Position numbers and translations under genes: made by a program. The notes under the pieces were generated by a model, which did not search any database, was not told where the DNA came from, and saw only the letters and a list, made by a program, of their open reading frames with translations. Shown in pieces: positions 10,693 through 20,697 of a DNA stretch of 51,041 bases. Numbering within the stretch: position 1 is the stretch's first letter; each line of letters opens with the position of its first letter. The DNA is taken from sequence record SRR20825010_1521; one strand, 5' to 3'.

Positions 10693-11175
10693 TTATTTGG
10701 CATAGGCATCAAACTCTTTAGGCAAGTAGTTCATAACTTCAAAGCCAAGGTTGATCTCTTCCTCTATTTCTTCTACAACAATGTCGTTTAGGTCCAGTTC
10801 CATACCCTCATATGCATTGAAGCCAATTGGAAGGTATTGAGCAGTATCAAAACCAAGGACAATTTCTTCTTCCAAGTCCTCAAATACAAGATTGTCAAGA
10901 TCCAATCCAATACCCTTATAGGCGTTAAAGCCAATTGGCAAGTAGGTAGCCGGATCAAAATTTAGTACGATTTCTTCTTCCTCATCTATAAGGTTAATGT
11001 CCTTTAGGCTTAAATTTCTTACTTCTTCATCCATACGCAATCCTTCTGCAAAGGGGTTGTGGGATTCTAAATAGCACTCAATATCTTCAGATTTTAAACA
11101 TTTGTCCTTTCCTGAAAATGAGAACAATGAAAGGGATACTAGTATGGTGCTAAATAATAAAGCTGCGTTTTTCAT
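10693..11175 (-). CDS. Secreted acidic protein with three 36-aa repeats
   Basis: Signal-peptide-like N-terminus. EEEIxLxF....YLPxxFxAY recurs with YLP at aa 78, 114 and 150. Confidence 0.8.
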   Translation of the reverse strand: MKNAALLFSTILVSLSLFSFSGKDKCLKSEDIECYLESHNPFAEGLRMDEEVRNLSLKDINLIDEEEEIVLNFDPATYLPIGFNAYKGIGLDLDNLVFEDLEEEIVLGFDTAQYLPIGFNAYEGMELDLNDIVVEEIEEEINLGFEVMNYLPKEFDAYAK

Positions 11176-11221
11176 ATTATTTATTTTTATAAATATTTTG
11201 ATTTAAATTTTATTTCTGGTA

Positions 11222-11310
11222 CAAATATAGTGGCCAATAAAGGGCGTTGCAGGTAGATATTAAGTGAAACGACTAAATTGGAAGGTGAAGTGTCTATGGG
11301 TAGGCCTGAA
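11222..11310 (-). promoter_or_regulatory. -7 element plus candidate LytTR direct-repeat boxes
   Basis: CAAATATA at 11222-11229 (TATATTTG on minus). TGAA cores at 11265, 11286 and 11307, exactly 21 bp apart. Confidence 0.5.
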
Positions 11311-11476
11311 AGGATACAGATTTGTTCCAATAGGGTTTAATACAGGCCTTTTGTTGGGTTTAAGGAATGTTTTACAGGCAGGTAGGGTAACCCGAACACT
11401 CGTAAATTTTTTAGTTTTGGACAGTTCCTAACTGGAAAAATATGTAGGTATCTACTAGATGATGTCTATTCTTTAA

Positions 11477-12160
11477 CTATACCGCACGCTGTATTACTTC
11501 AAACACCTTATTGCCATCGCATTTCAATGTTTTGGACGGATATTTAAGTATTAGGGCGTAGTCATGCGTGGCCATAAGAATGGTCCTTCCTGTTTTGTTG
11601 ATATCCTGAAGTACCTTCATCACTTCCACGCTGGTCTGGGGGTCGAGATTCCCCGTTGGTTCATCTGCCAGGATAAGATCCGGATCATTGAGCAGTGCCC
11701 GGGCAATGGCAATACGCTGCTGTTCCCCTCCGGAAAGTTCATGGGGAAATTTGAAGCCTTTAGTTTTCATGCCCACTTTATCCAGGACATCTTCAATCTT
11801 GGCGTTCATCTCGCTTTGGTCTTTCCAGCCGGTAGCTTTAAGTACAAAAAGGAGGTTGTTGTTTACGTTGCGATCTGGCAACAATTTAAAATCTTGAAAA
11901 ACCACTCCCAATTTTCTTCTTAAATATGGAATTTCCTTTTCCTTCAAGGTGGTAAGATCGAAATCTACAATATGGCCGCTTCCTTGTTTTAATGGAAGAT
12001 CGCCGTACAAAGTTTTCATAAAGCTGCTTTTCCCACTGCCCGTCTTTCCGATAAGGTATACGAATTCCCCTTTTTTAATTTCAAGGGAAATATCGTTCAA
12101 TACTAAATTTTCACCCTGAAATACCGCTACATCCGTCAACCTCAATATGCTTTCGCCCAT
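11477..12160 (-). CDS. ftsE: FtsE-like ABC ATP-binding protein
   Basis: Walker [42 protein letters not shown] and ATHD motifs. Confidence 0.8.
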   Translation of the reverse strand: MGESILRLTDVAVFQGENLVLNDISLEIKKGEFVYLIGKTGSGKSSFMKTLYGDLPLKQGSGHIVDFDLTTLKEKEIPYLRRKLGVVFQDFKLLPDRNVNNNLLFVLKATGWKDQSEMNAKIEDVLDKVGMKTKGFKFPHELSGGEQQRIAIARALLNDPDLILADEPTGNLDPQTSVEVMKVLQDINKTGRTILMATHDYALILKYPSKTLKCDGNKVFEVIQRAV

Positions 12161-12307
12161 AGTTTTTATTGTTGATATAAAAGTAATAAGTTCCTTTGGA
12201 ATTAAATCAAATCTTCTTTAAAAATCTTTTTCTTTATCATATACTTAGGGACAATATTTATCGTTATATAATTTAATTACGGTAATTCTTAACTACTAGA
12301 GAACACT

Positions 12308-15300
12308 ATGCTAAGAAAAAAAACCGCTGTAATACTGTGTTTTGTTGGGTCTTTATTTTACGTGAATGCCCAAGAATCCGAAATCTATACTTTTGACCAA
12401 AAGGACTATCAGGAAGCTTTGGCCTTGTATAACAATAAACAGTATCAAGCAGCCCAGACTATCTTTGAAAAGGTAAAAAACAATACCAGGGATGAAGAGA
12501 CCCAGGCCAACAGTGCTTATTATGCCGCTACTGCGGCAATTCGCCTAAATCAGTTGGGGGCCGATAGGTTAATGGAAGACTTTGTTGAAAAGTACCCAAC
12601 CTCTACCAAGCGTAATTCTGCCTATCTTGATGTTGCCGATTATTATTTTGCAACCGGAAAATATCCTTACGCCTTAAAATGGTATACCAAGGTAGACCAA
12701 AGTTCCATGTCCAGAAAGGACAAGGAACGCTTCAATTTTAACAATGGTTATGCCTTGTTCTCTTCCAACAAACCTAAAGAGGCCGAGCGTTATCTAAACC
12801 AGGTGACCACTTCCCCAACCTACGGCTCCCAGGCCAAGTATTACTTAGGGTATATTGCGTATCAGCAGGACGACTATGCACAGGCCAACCAGCGTTTCGA
12901 TCAGATTACCGACCAAGAGTTGTTGGAAGAAAAGTTGTCCTATTATCAGGCGGATATGAACTTTAAATTGGGCAAGTTCGAAGAGGCTATTGCCTTGGCG
13001 AAAAAACAATTGCCAAAATCTGATAGAAATGAAGTTTCGGAGCTCAATAAAATTATTGGGGAGAGTTATTTCAATCTTAAGCAATACGCCAATGCAATTC
13101 CTTATTTAACCGAATACAAGGGAAAAAGAGGTAAGTGGAGCAATACGGATTATTATCTGTTGGGCTATTCCTACTATATGCAGGGGGATTATGCCAATGG
13201 GATACAGCAATTCAACAAAATAATTGATGGCAACAACGATGTTTCCCAGAATGCCTACTATCATTTGGCGGAATGCTATTTAAAGCTTGACAAAAAACAG
13301 GAGGCATTGAACGCCTTTAGAAATGCTTCCCAAATGGATTTCAATCCGGAAATTCAGAAAGATGCCTATTTAAATTATGCCCGACTCAGTTATGAAATAG
13401 GGAATGCTTATGAGCCTGTACCCAAGGTGTTGACCAATTATTTGGAGAAATATCCCAATGATTCCAATAAAGCGGAGATGCAGGAGCTTTTGGTAGATTC
13501 TTACATTACTTCCAAGAATTTTGCCGGTGCCATGGAACTCTTGGAGAAAAACAAAAACTTTGCCAGTAAGGCCACTTACCAAAAGGTGGCGTTTTACCGT
13601 GGAGTGGAATTGTTCTTGGAGGGGAATTACGAGCAAGCATCGGCCGTGTTTAAAAAATCCTTGGACAATGCAGAAGACCAATATTTTAAGGCCAGGTCCA
13701 GCTACTGGAAAGCGGAATCGGATTATAATATGAATCATTTTGATGAGGCAGTGGCCGGATACCTTCAATTCAAATCAAATCCTAGTGCCAAGGCAACTCC
13801 GGAATTTAAAGACCTGAATTACAATCTGGCTTATACCTATTTCAAACTAAGAAATTATAATAATGCCATAACCTCGTTCTCCAGTTATGTGGAGACCGGT
13901 AGCGGCGATAGTGAAAAATTAAATGATGCCTATCTGCGCTTAGGGGATAGTTATTTTGTTAGTAGCAAGTATTGGCCTGCCATAGAAACGTATAATAAGG
14001 CAATAGCAAGAAATAGTGCCTCGAGCGATTATGCTGCCTACCAAAAGGCACTGAGCTATGGGTTTGTAGACAGGAGCGCTACCAAAATAGAGGAGCTTTC
14101 CAATTTTGTGTCCAGGTATCCCAACTCGTCGCTTAAGGACGACGCCATGTTTGAGCTCGCCAATTCCTATGTGAGGGCAAATAATACGGAAAGAGGGTTG
14201 CAACTGTACGATCAGCTCACCATGGATTATAAAGGCAGTTCTCTAGTGCCACAGGCTATGCTGCGTCAGGGATTGGTGCATTATAATGCCAACCGTAATG
14301 AACAGGCCTTGGCCAAATTCAAATCAGTGGTACGGGACCACCCAAACACTCAGGAAGCACTACAAGCCGTAACTACGGCCAAGCTTATTTATGTAGATCT
14401 GGGTAGGGTAAATGAATATGCCCAATGGGTAAAAGGTCTTGACTTTGTTGAGGTAACCGATACAGAACTGGACAATGCTACTTTTGAATCTGCGGACAAA
14501 CAATATATTGAAGGCAATCAGGATGCGGCCATAAAGGGTTATGAGGCCTATGTTAATCAATTTCCAAACGGATTAAATGCCTTAAAGGCTAATTTTAATT
14601 TGGCACAGTTGTACTTTGGCAAAGGTCAGAAGGACAGGGCATTGCCTTATTTTAAGAATGTGGCTGGCAAGGGAACCAACGAATATGCCGAGCAGGCACT
14701 TACAAGGGTGTGCGAGATCTATGTAGGCAAAAACGATTATGTTACGGCCATACCTTACTTGGAAGAATTGGAAACCAAGGCGGAAATTCAGCAGAATATC
14801 ACCTTTGCCCAATCCAATTTAATGAAAGGCTATTATGAGCGGTCAGACTACGGTAAGACCATTCAATATGCCACTAAGGTGTTGTCCAATTCCAATATAG
14901 ATAACCGTATAAAAAGTGATGCACAAATAATGATCGCCAGATCGGCCATTAAGACCAAGGATGAGAATAGGGCGGAAAAGGCGTATTCGGAAGTGCTTAA
15001 AATTGCGACTGGAGATTTAGCGGCCGAGGCGCTCTATTATGATGCTTATTTTAAAAATAAGGCCCAAAATTACGAGGCTTCCAACGCTTCTGTTCAAAAA
15101 TTGGCCAAGGATTATGCGGGGTATAAGGAGTGGAGCGCGAAAGGCTTGATCATTATGGCCAAGAATTTCTATGCCTTGGGAGATGCTTTCCAAGCTACTT
15201 ATATTTTGGATAGTGTTATTGCCAATTTCGGAGATTTTCCGGAAATAGTGGCCCAGGCCAAACAGGAGTCGTCCATTATTAAGGCAAAAGAAGCTCAAAG

Positions 15301-15331
15301 TAATTCCTCTATTAATCCAGAGGGTAATTAA
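12308..15331 (+). CDS. Large secreted tetratricopeptide-repeat protein
   Basis: Signal peptide and many TPR-like helical repeats (AYYHLAECY, AYLRLGDSYF, AMFELANSY). Confidence 0.9.
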   Translation: MLRKKTAVILCFVGSLFYVNAQESEIYTFDQKDYQEALALYNNKQYQAAQTIFEKVKNNTRDEETQANSAYYAATAAIRLNQLGADRLMEDFVEKYPTSTKRNSAYLDVADYYFATGKYPYALKWYTKVDQSSMSRKDKERFNFNNGYALFSSNKPKEAERYLNQVTTSPTYGSQAKYYLGYIAYQQDDYAQANQRFDQITDQELLEEKLSYYQADMNFKLGKFEEAIALAKKQLPKSDRNEVSELNKIIGESYFNLKQYANAIPYLTEYKGKRGKWSNTDYYLLGYSYYMQGDYANGIQQFNKIIDGNNDVSQNAYYHLAECYLKLDKKQEALNAFRNASQMDFNPEIQKDAYLNYARLSYEIGNAYEPVPKVLTNYLEKYPNDSNKAEMQELLVDSYITSKNFAGAMELLEKNKNFASKATYQKVAFYRGVELFLEGNYEQASAVFKKSLDNAEDQYFKARSSYWKAESDYNMNHFDEAVAGYLQFKSNPSAKATPEFKDLNYNLAYTYFKLRNYNNAITSFSSYVETGSGDSEKLNDAYLRLGDSYFVSSKYWPAIETYNKAIARNSASSDYAAYQKALSYGFVDRSATKIEELSNFVSRYPNSSLKDDAMFELANSYVRANNTERGLQLYDQLTMDYKGSSLVPQAMLRQGLVHYNANRNEQALAKFKSVVRDHPNTQEALQAVTTAKLIYVDLGRVNEYAQWVKGLDFVEVTDTELDNATFESADKQYIEGNQDAAIKGYEAYVNQFPNGLNALKANFNLAQLYFGKGQKDRALPYFKNVAGKGTNEYAEQALTRVCEIYVGKNDYVTAIPYLEELETKAEIQQNITFAQSNLMKGYYERSDYGKTIQYATKVLSNSNIDNRIKSDAQIMIARSAIKTKDENRAEKAYSEVLKIATGDLAAEALYYDAYFKNKAQNYEASNASVQKLAKDYAGYKEWSAKGLIIMAKNFYALGDAFQATYILDSVIANFGDFPEIVAQAKQESSIIKAKEAQSNSSINPEGN

Positions 15332-15356
15332 AATTTCCTTGCAAAAAGAACACAAT

Positions 15357-17111
15357 ATGCAGCACAAGCACATTAAAATATCCATATTTGCTATTCTAGG
15401 TTTTTTACAGATCGGATTGGCACAGGACGATAAAAAAGATTTGGGAACGGAAACGGTAACAGTGGTAAAGGCCTATGCACCTACCATTTCGGATGCGTTT
15501 AAGGTGAAGTCGGTACCTACTTTGAACGATTCCATTGTTTTGCAAAAAAAGCCTATCAATTACAGCATATTTTCCGTACCCGTTGCCTCTACCTTTACAC
15601 CTTCAAAGGGTAAGGCTTCCGGGGTGAAGAAACTACCTCCTGAAAAAATATACAACTCCTATGCATCAATAGGTCTGGGCAACTATAATAACGCCTTGGC
15701 CGATTTCTATACCAGTAGTGCATTGAACAGGGATGAACGATTGGATGTAAGTCTAAACCATCATTCCTCTAGGGGAGAAATAGACGGAACCGCTTTGGAT
15801 AATATATTTTATAATACCAAATTGGACGCCAATTATACCAAAAGGGACAGGGATATAAGTTGGGGAGCAAATATAGGGGCACAACATCAATTATATAATT
15901 GGTACGGAATCCCCAATGGATATTATACAGAGGAACTAGTGAACGACATAGATGAAAAACAGAACTATTTTAATGCATTTGCAGGTGGTTTTGTGGAAAT
16001 GGAGGATTCCTTCTTTAAAAGTGCCAATTTGTACTATAGACGGTTTTGGGATTCAACCAAATCAGGTGAAAATAGGGCAGTGCTAGAGCCTGCCTTCGAA
16101 TTTCCCTTAGGCGATGAGCTATTGACACTTAAGGCCAAGGTAGATTATTTGGGCGGTAAGTTTAAAAATGGCCAGGTGGCCAATGATTCCAATGTTCCGG
16201 GAATAGACTATTCGCATTTGCAGGTGGGCATAAATCCCAATATTAATATTTTAGGGGACGATCTATCGCTTAATCTTGGCGTAAACCTAGTGTATGGTAT
16301 GGATCTGGAAAACAGTGAGGGCAATTTCTATATTTATCCCACCATTACAGCTTCCTATCGTTTGTTGGATGAGGTAGCCATAGCTTACGGTGGTGTAGAA
16401 GGTGAGTTGAAGCAAAACTCGTTCTATGGATTTGTAGAAGAGAACCCCTATGTTTCCCCAACCTTGGATATGCAGCCTACAGATCGGCAATATGATGCCT
16501 ACATTGGCTTAAAAGGGCAATTATTGCCTAATCTTAGCTATAATATTAAGGGGTCTTATATGGCGGAAAATAGGAAACCACTATTTTTGCTAAACCCCGA
16601 AAATACTTCTAGGACAGATGAAAAAGGGTATTTCTATGGTAATAGCTTCCAGGTGTTTTATGATGACGTAAAGACTTTAGGAGTTTTTGGGGAATTAAAT
16701 GTAGATATAAACCGTAATTTTAGCCTAGGGATAAATGCCCAAGTATATGATTACGATACGGAAACCGATAATCCTGCCTGGAACCTGCCAGATCTAACGG
16801 CCTCCATGTTTATGGATTATCAAATAGGGGAGAAGTGGTTCATGGGTGCCAACCTCTTTTATGTGGGTGAACGAGATGATCTTTATACTATAGCATCCCC
16901 AGGAACATTGCCGGAAGACTTTGATATGACTCCGGTTACCTTGGATAGCTATTTTGATGCCAATGCACATATTGGATATCGCATAAATGAGCAATTGTCC
17001 GTTTTTGCAAAGGCAAATAATATAGCCAACCAGAATTATATGCGTTGGAACAATTATCAAGTACAGGGATTCCAAGTTTTGGCCGGAGCCACGTACAAAT
17101 TTGATCTGTAG
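15357..17111 (+). CDS. Outer-membrane beta-barrel protein (TonB-dependent-receptor-like)
   Basis: Signal peptide from ATG 15357, ETVTVV TonB-box-like segment, amphipathic strands, C-terminal GATYKFDL. Confidence 0.8.
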   Translation: MQHKHIKISIFAILGFLQIGLAQDDKKDLGTETVTVVKAYAPTISDAFKVKSVPTLNDSIVLQKKPINYSIFSVPVASTFTPSKGKASGVKKLPPEKIYNSYASIGLGNYNNALADFYTSSALNRDERLDVSLNHHSSRGEIDGTALDNIFYNTKLDANYTKRDRDISWGANIGAQHQLYNWYGIPNGYYTEELVNDIDEKQNYFNAFAGGFVEMEDSFFKSANLYYRRFWDSTKSGENRAVLEPAFEFPLGDELLTLKAKVDYLGGKFKNGQVANDSNVPGIDYSHLQVGINPNINILGDDLSLNLGVNLVYGMDLENSEGNFYIYPTITASYRLLDEVAIAYGGVEGELKQNSFYGFVEENPYVSPTLDMQPTDRQYDAYIGLKGQLLPNLSYNIKGSYMAENRKPLFLLNPENTSRTDEKGYFYGNSFQVFYDDVKTLGVFGELNVDINRNFSLGINAQVYDYDTETDNPAWNLPDLTASMFMDYQIGEKWFMGANLFYVGERDDLYTIASPGTLPEDFDMTPVTLDSYFDANAHIGYRINEQLSVFAKANNIANQNYMRWNNYQVQGFQVLAGATYKFDL

Positions 17112-17186
17112 TTAAAAGATAATTAGAATGAGCGGTTGGTCATGATCTGCCAAAAACCCCGTGGTATTTTATGGTCGCCGTAAATG

Positions 17187-17248
17187 TACCTTCTGCCTTT
17201 AGTCTTCTATTTTGGGAGGCCAAAAGGCAGTAAGGTATTTTTATTTTT
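17187..17248 (+). terminator. Long hairpin terminator after the TPR/barrel pair
   Basis: TACCTTCTGCCTTT ... AAAGGCAGTAAGGTA with an inner G-U-rich stem, followed by a T-rich run. Confidence 0.65.
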
Positions 17249-17529
17249 AGTAGTGCTTGTCATTTTTGGGTTATACATCCTTGGGATATTTGGTCACATT
17301 TTAACATGTAAATCTGCCATATAGCCAACTAGGATTAGACATATTTTATCAATACCATGCTGACCGCTTTTAAACTAAGTTCCATTTGGGAAATAGTATC
17401 TTTTAAAACTGTCCCATTCGTCACACTTAGGGGACATTTGGTCACAGAATAGGAAAAAAGATTCCTTTTTGTTGTAGGATAACTTTCTTTTGTTGTCTGG
17501 ATAAATATTAATTATAAAACTTTATAAGA

Positions 17530-17949
17530 ATGAGAAATTTTGCAAAATTGTTTTACGCTTGTATTTTTTTTGTTTCCGGCAGTATGTCGCTTTTGGCAGA
17601 GAACCCAACCAATAGTACTTTTTGTTCCATTAATCCAACCACAACACTTGAAAAAGTGTATAAATCCCCAATCGGAACATGGGAATATACCGTGGAGGAT
17701 GTTCCTTATGAATACAGTGCGGGTGTGTTGATCATTACCAAGGAAAAAGAGGAATATAAAGTAGTAGTTAAGGTAAATTATAATACTCTGACGGCTTCGG
17801 AAGTGAAGGTAAATGAGAATACATTAAACTTTTCGGTTTATATTGAGGGTGGAAAAGTACAAGTTTCCTTGCAAGTGAAGGATGACCTTATACAGGGCAC
17901 AGCCGATTCTAATGAAGGCTCCTTTTCATTGAAGGGAAAAAAGAAGTAG
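17530..17949 (+). CDS. Secreted hypothetical protein (small beta-barrel-like), paralog of 48411-48845
   Basis: Signal peptide and GTWEYTVEDVPYEYSAG motif. Confidence 0.75.
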   Translation: MRNFAKLFYACIFFVSGSMSLLAENPTNSTFCSINPTTTLEKVYKSPIGTWEYTVEDVPYEYSAGVLIITKEKEEYKVVVKVNYNTLTASEVKVNENTLNFSVYIEGGKVQVSLQVKDDLIQGTADSNEGSFSLKGKKK

Positions 17950-17998
17950 ACAATAGAAGTCTATAGATTGGACCATTGTATTTGACTGTAGGTATTAC

Positions 17999-18028
17999 AA
18001 ACATCCCTGAATATGGGGATGTTTTTTT
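17999..18028 (+). terminator. Intrinsic terminator
   Basis: AAACATCCC/GGGATGTTT followed by a T tract. Confidence 0.8.
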
Positions 18029-18108
18029 ATTTTTGATAAAATGTACTTAAACTTTTTGTCCGTTAGGCACTCCTTCTGCCAATAAGTTTTATATACAATT
18101 TTTTTAAT

Positions 18109-19194
18109 ATGAGGCAATTCACTATAGGTTGTAGATATTGGATAGGGATTTTGTCCATATTGTGCCTCGGAAGGGCCATGTCCCAAAACCTTGTGGAAAA
18201 TCCCAGTTTTGAGGCATTTTTGGAATGCCCGGATCATTTAGGGAACTTCGGGGAAGACCTTAAATATTGGTCCGTACCCACTCAGGGGACTACGGATTAT
18301 TTTAATTCCTGTAGTCTTAGCATGGGGGTGCCCGTTAATTTTATGGGAGAGCAAACGGCAAAATTTGGGGAAGCCTATTTGGGATTCTATATGTATGCCC
18401 CTGAGGATTACAGGGAGTATATTCAAGGTGAGCTCAAAGAGCCATTAAAGAAAGGGGTTGTCTATACCCTGTCCTTTTATATAAGCCTAGCTGAGAATTC
18501 AGATCATGTTGTCCGTGATTTTGATGTTCTCTTCTCAACAAAACCAATAGGGATTAAAATAAAAAAGGGTCTCACCAAATGGCAACTTTCCAAAATTGAA
18601 GATAATATTTTTACCGCAGTCGAGATTTTGGGCAACGACTTTATAACTGATGACAATGCATGGACCAAGATTTCCACTACCTTTCTCGCTACAGGTGGCG
18701 AGAAGTTTATTACAATTGGTAATTTTAAGAACAATGCCTCTACAAGGCGACAAAGATTGGTAAAGGAAAAAAATGTGAATGGGGCCTATTATTTCTTGGA
18801 TATGGTATATGTTGGGGAAGGAATGCAGACCTATACCTTGGACGAGCCCCATATTTTTGAGAATGTCCATTTTAATTTCGATGAGTTTCATTTAGGGGAA
18901 AAGGGAGAGCAAGAGATAATGCGCGTCTACAATTATCTGCAATCCGACAGTACTTTGAACATTGTAATCAATGGGTATACGGACAATTTGGGTACTTCAT
19001 CCTACAATATGGACCTTTCAGTTAAACGAGCCATGTCAGTAGCAAATAGGTTGATCCAATTGGGTTTGGCAGGTCAAAGAATTGCCTACAATGGGTTTGG
19101 AGCAGCGCAACCCCTTGTAAATAATGAGGATGAAGAAGGTAGGGCGCGGAATAGAAGGGTAGAGTTTATAATATCCAAAACCCTTGAAGAGTAA
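18109..19194 (+). CDS. OmpA-family protein (N-terminal QNLVENPSFE domain, C-terminal peptidoglycan-binding domain)
   Basis: C-terminal GYTDNLG..YNMDLSVKRA and GRARNRRVEF motifs. Confidence 0.9.
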   Translation: MRQFTIGCRYWIGILSILCLGRAMSQNLVENPSFEAFLECPDHLGNFGEDLKYWSVPTQGTTDYFNSCSLSMGVPVNFMGEQTAKFGEAYLGFYMYAPEDYREYIQGELKEPLKKGVVYTLSFYISLAENSDHVVRDFDVLFSTKPIGIKIKKGLTKWQLSKIEDNIFTAVEILGNDFITDDNAWTKISTTFLATGGEKFITIGNFKNNASTRRQRLVKEKNVNGAYYFLDMVYVGEGMQTYTLDEPHIFENVHFNFDEFHLGEKGEQEIMRVYNYLQSDSTLNIVINGYTDNLGTSSYNMDLSVKRAMSVANRLIQLGLAGQRIAYNGFGAAQPLVNNEDEEGRARNRRVEFIISKTLEE

Positions 19195-19277
19195 GCATTT
19201 AAAGGGGTTGTCGAGTTTTTTTTTGGTACTTGTTAAAATTGTTGGCTATAAATGATTGTGGTTCAAACTTTTGGAAC

Positions 19278-19285
19278 TATATTTG
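19278..19285 (+). promoter_or_regulatory. -7 promoter element of the cold-shock gene
   Basis: TATATTTG ending 33 nt before the ATG. Confidence 0.6.
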
Positions 19286-19318
19286 ATCCACAATAAGTAA
19301 TTAATTTAAATTTTAGTA

Positions 19319-19510
19319 ATGAGTAGAGGAACAGTAAAATTTTTCAACGATGCCAAAGGATTTGGGTTCATCACAGAAGAAGGTTCTAACAAAGAACATT
19401 TTGTACACATCTCTGGTTTAATCGACGAAATTCGCGAAGGCGATGAAGTTGAGTTTGAACTAAAAGAAGGAAAAAAAGGATTAAACGCAGTAAACGTTAA
19501 AGTTATTTAA
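19319..19510 (+). CDS. Cold-shock protein (CspA family)
   Basis: GTVKFFNDAKGFGFI and FVHISGL RNP motifs. Confidence 0.97.
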   Translation: MSRGTVKFFNDAKGFGFITEEGSNKEHFVHISGLIDEIREGDEVEFELKEGKKGLNAVNVKVI

Positions 19511-19538
19511 TATATACTTTTTTAATTTCCTAAGACCT

Positions 19539-19566
19539 AAGGCCTATCGTTTGATAGGCTTTTTTT
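19539..19566 (+). terminator. Intrinsic terminator after csp
   Basis: GGCCTATC-gttt-GATAGGCT followed by a T tract. Confidence 0.85.
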
Positions 19567-19568
19567 AT

Positions 19569-19722
19569 GTTCGTGAGACCCGTATTTCAAAAGCCGTAGG
19601 CGCATTGAAATACGATGGACGAACGAACCCCGCCTTTTGGCGGGGTTTGAGGTTCAATGCCCCTGCCTTGGGGTGGTTCAATGCCCCTACCTTGGGGCGG
19701 TTTAATACTCCGGCCTTCGGTT
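19569..19722. repeat. Cluster of palindromes and 24-bp tandem REP-like units
   Basis: Hairpins CGTATTTCAA/TTGAAATACG and AACCCCGCC/GGCGGGGTT. GGTTCAATGCCCCTRCCTTGGGGY occurs twice (19651-19698), followed by a degenerate third unit. Confidence 0.75.
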
Positions 19723-19964
19723 AAGTTGCTTGTAGAAGGCAGTTTTTGGTTTAGGTTTTAATGCCATTTTTTAAATTAATAAGTTGGAAATTGTTGCTCC
19801 ACAATGTGTTATGCGGCTTTATATTTTTAGACCTTGACTGGGCCTAGTTTTTATTCTTTATATTGGTCTATGGAAAGAATAATAGGCAATATTGGTTAGC
19901 GGACAAGTTCAGCTCTATATCGATGTTGTTGGTTTCCTTCCCAAACTTAAATGCTATTGTCCCT

Positions 19965-20681
19965 ATGTTCGAATATTTGGATAAAATAAAATTACTGATC
20001 AATAAAATGTCTGTTGATCAACATGAGCAATTGGTCAGTGCCGCTAAAATTGTGGCAGAAGTTATTAAGAACGATGGCATAATCCACACCATAGGTACTG
20101 GTCATTCCCAGATGATCGGCATGGAAATGTTTGGCAGGGCGTCCAATTTGGCCAATGTAAATGCCATCATGGACGATATGGTGCTTATGGCAAGCGGGGC
20201 AAGAAGATCGGCAGAAATGGAGCAGATTAGTGGTCTTGCCGAAATACTTTGGAGCAACTATAAATTTATTAAAGGGGATGTATTGATCGTTATTTCCAAT
20301 TCCGGAAGAAATGCCTTGCCCTTGGAGATGGCTATGAAGGCAAAGCAGGAAGGTTTAACTACGATAGCCATCACTTCCTTGGAACAGTCCACAAGGTATG
20401 CTTCCAGACACGCGAGCGGAAAGAAACTGTATCAGATTGCGGATTTGGTCATTGATAACTGTGTTCCCTCGGGGGATGGGGTTATCTCCATTAACGAACT
20501 GCTTATTGGACCTGCTTCCTCGGTGTTGGGAATGATCATTGTAAACATAATTTCGACCGAAGCCATCAAAATTAATTTGGACAGAGGTGTGGATGTCTCC
20601 GTTTTTCAAAGTCAGAACATAGATGAGGCGGACAATGAGGCGCTCTATCAAAAATATGAATCCCGGATAAAGCACCTATAG
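19965..20681 (+). CDS. SIS (sugar isomerase) domain protein
   Basis: IHTIGTGHS, VISNSGRN, IAITS and DLVIDN motifs. ATG 19965 preferred over the upstream TTG. Confidence 0.88.
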   Translation: MFEYLDKIKLLINKMSVDQHEQLVSAAKIVAEVIKNDGIIHTIGTGHSQMIGMEMFGRASNLANVNAIMDDMVLMASGARRSAEMEQISGLAEILWSNYKFIKGDVLIVISNSGRNALPLEMAMKAKQEGLTTIAITSLEQSTRYASRHASGKKLYQIADLVIDNCVPSGDGVISINELLIGPASSVLGMIIVNIISTEAIKINLDRGVDVSVFQSQNIDEADNEALYQKYESRIKHL

Positions 20682-20697
20682 CATCTTTTCGAACTCT

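Noticed and set aside
19651-19722. Tandem 24-bp palindromic units as a mini-CRISPR
   Set aside because: The units abut with no spacers, there are only 2-3 copies, and no cas genes are present.
19863-19964. Upstream extensions of ORF-track calls (also at 25933, 27564, 15339, 43839)
   Set aside because: These are non-ATG starts. The downstream ATGs fit domain or signal-peptide boundaries, and the 25933 extension would run through the operator/promoter.
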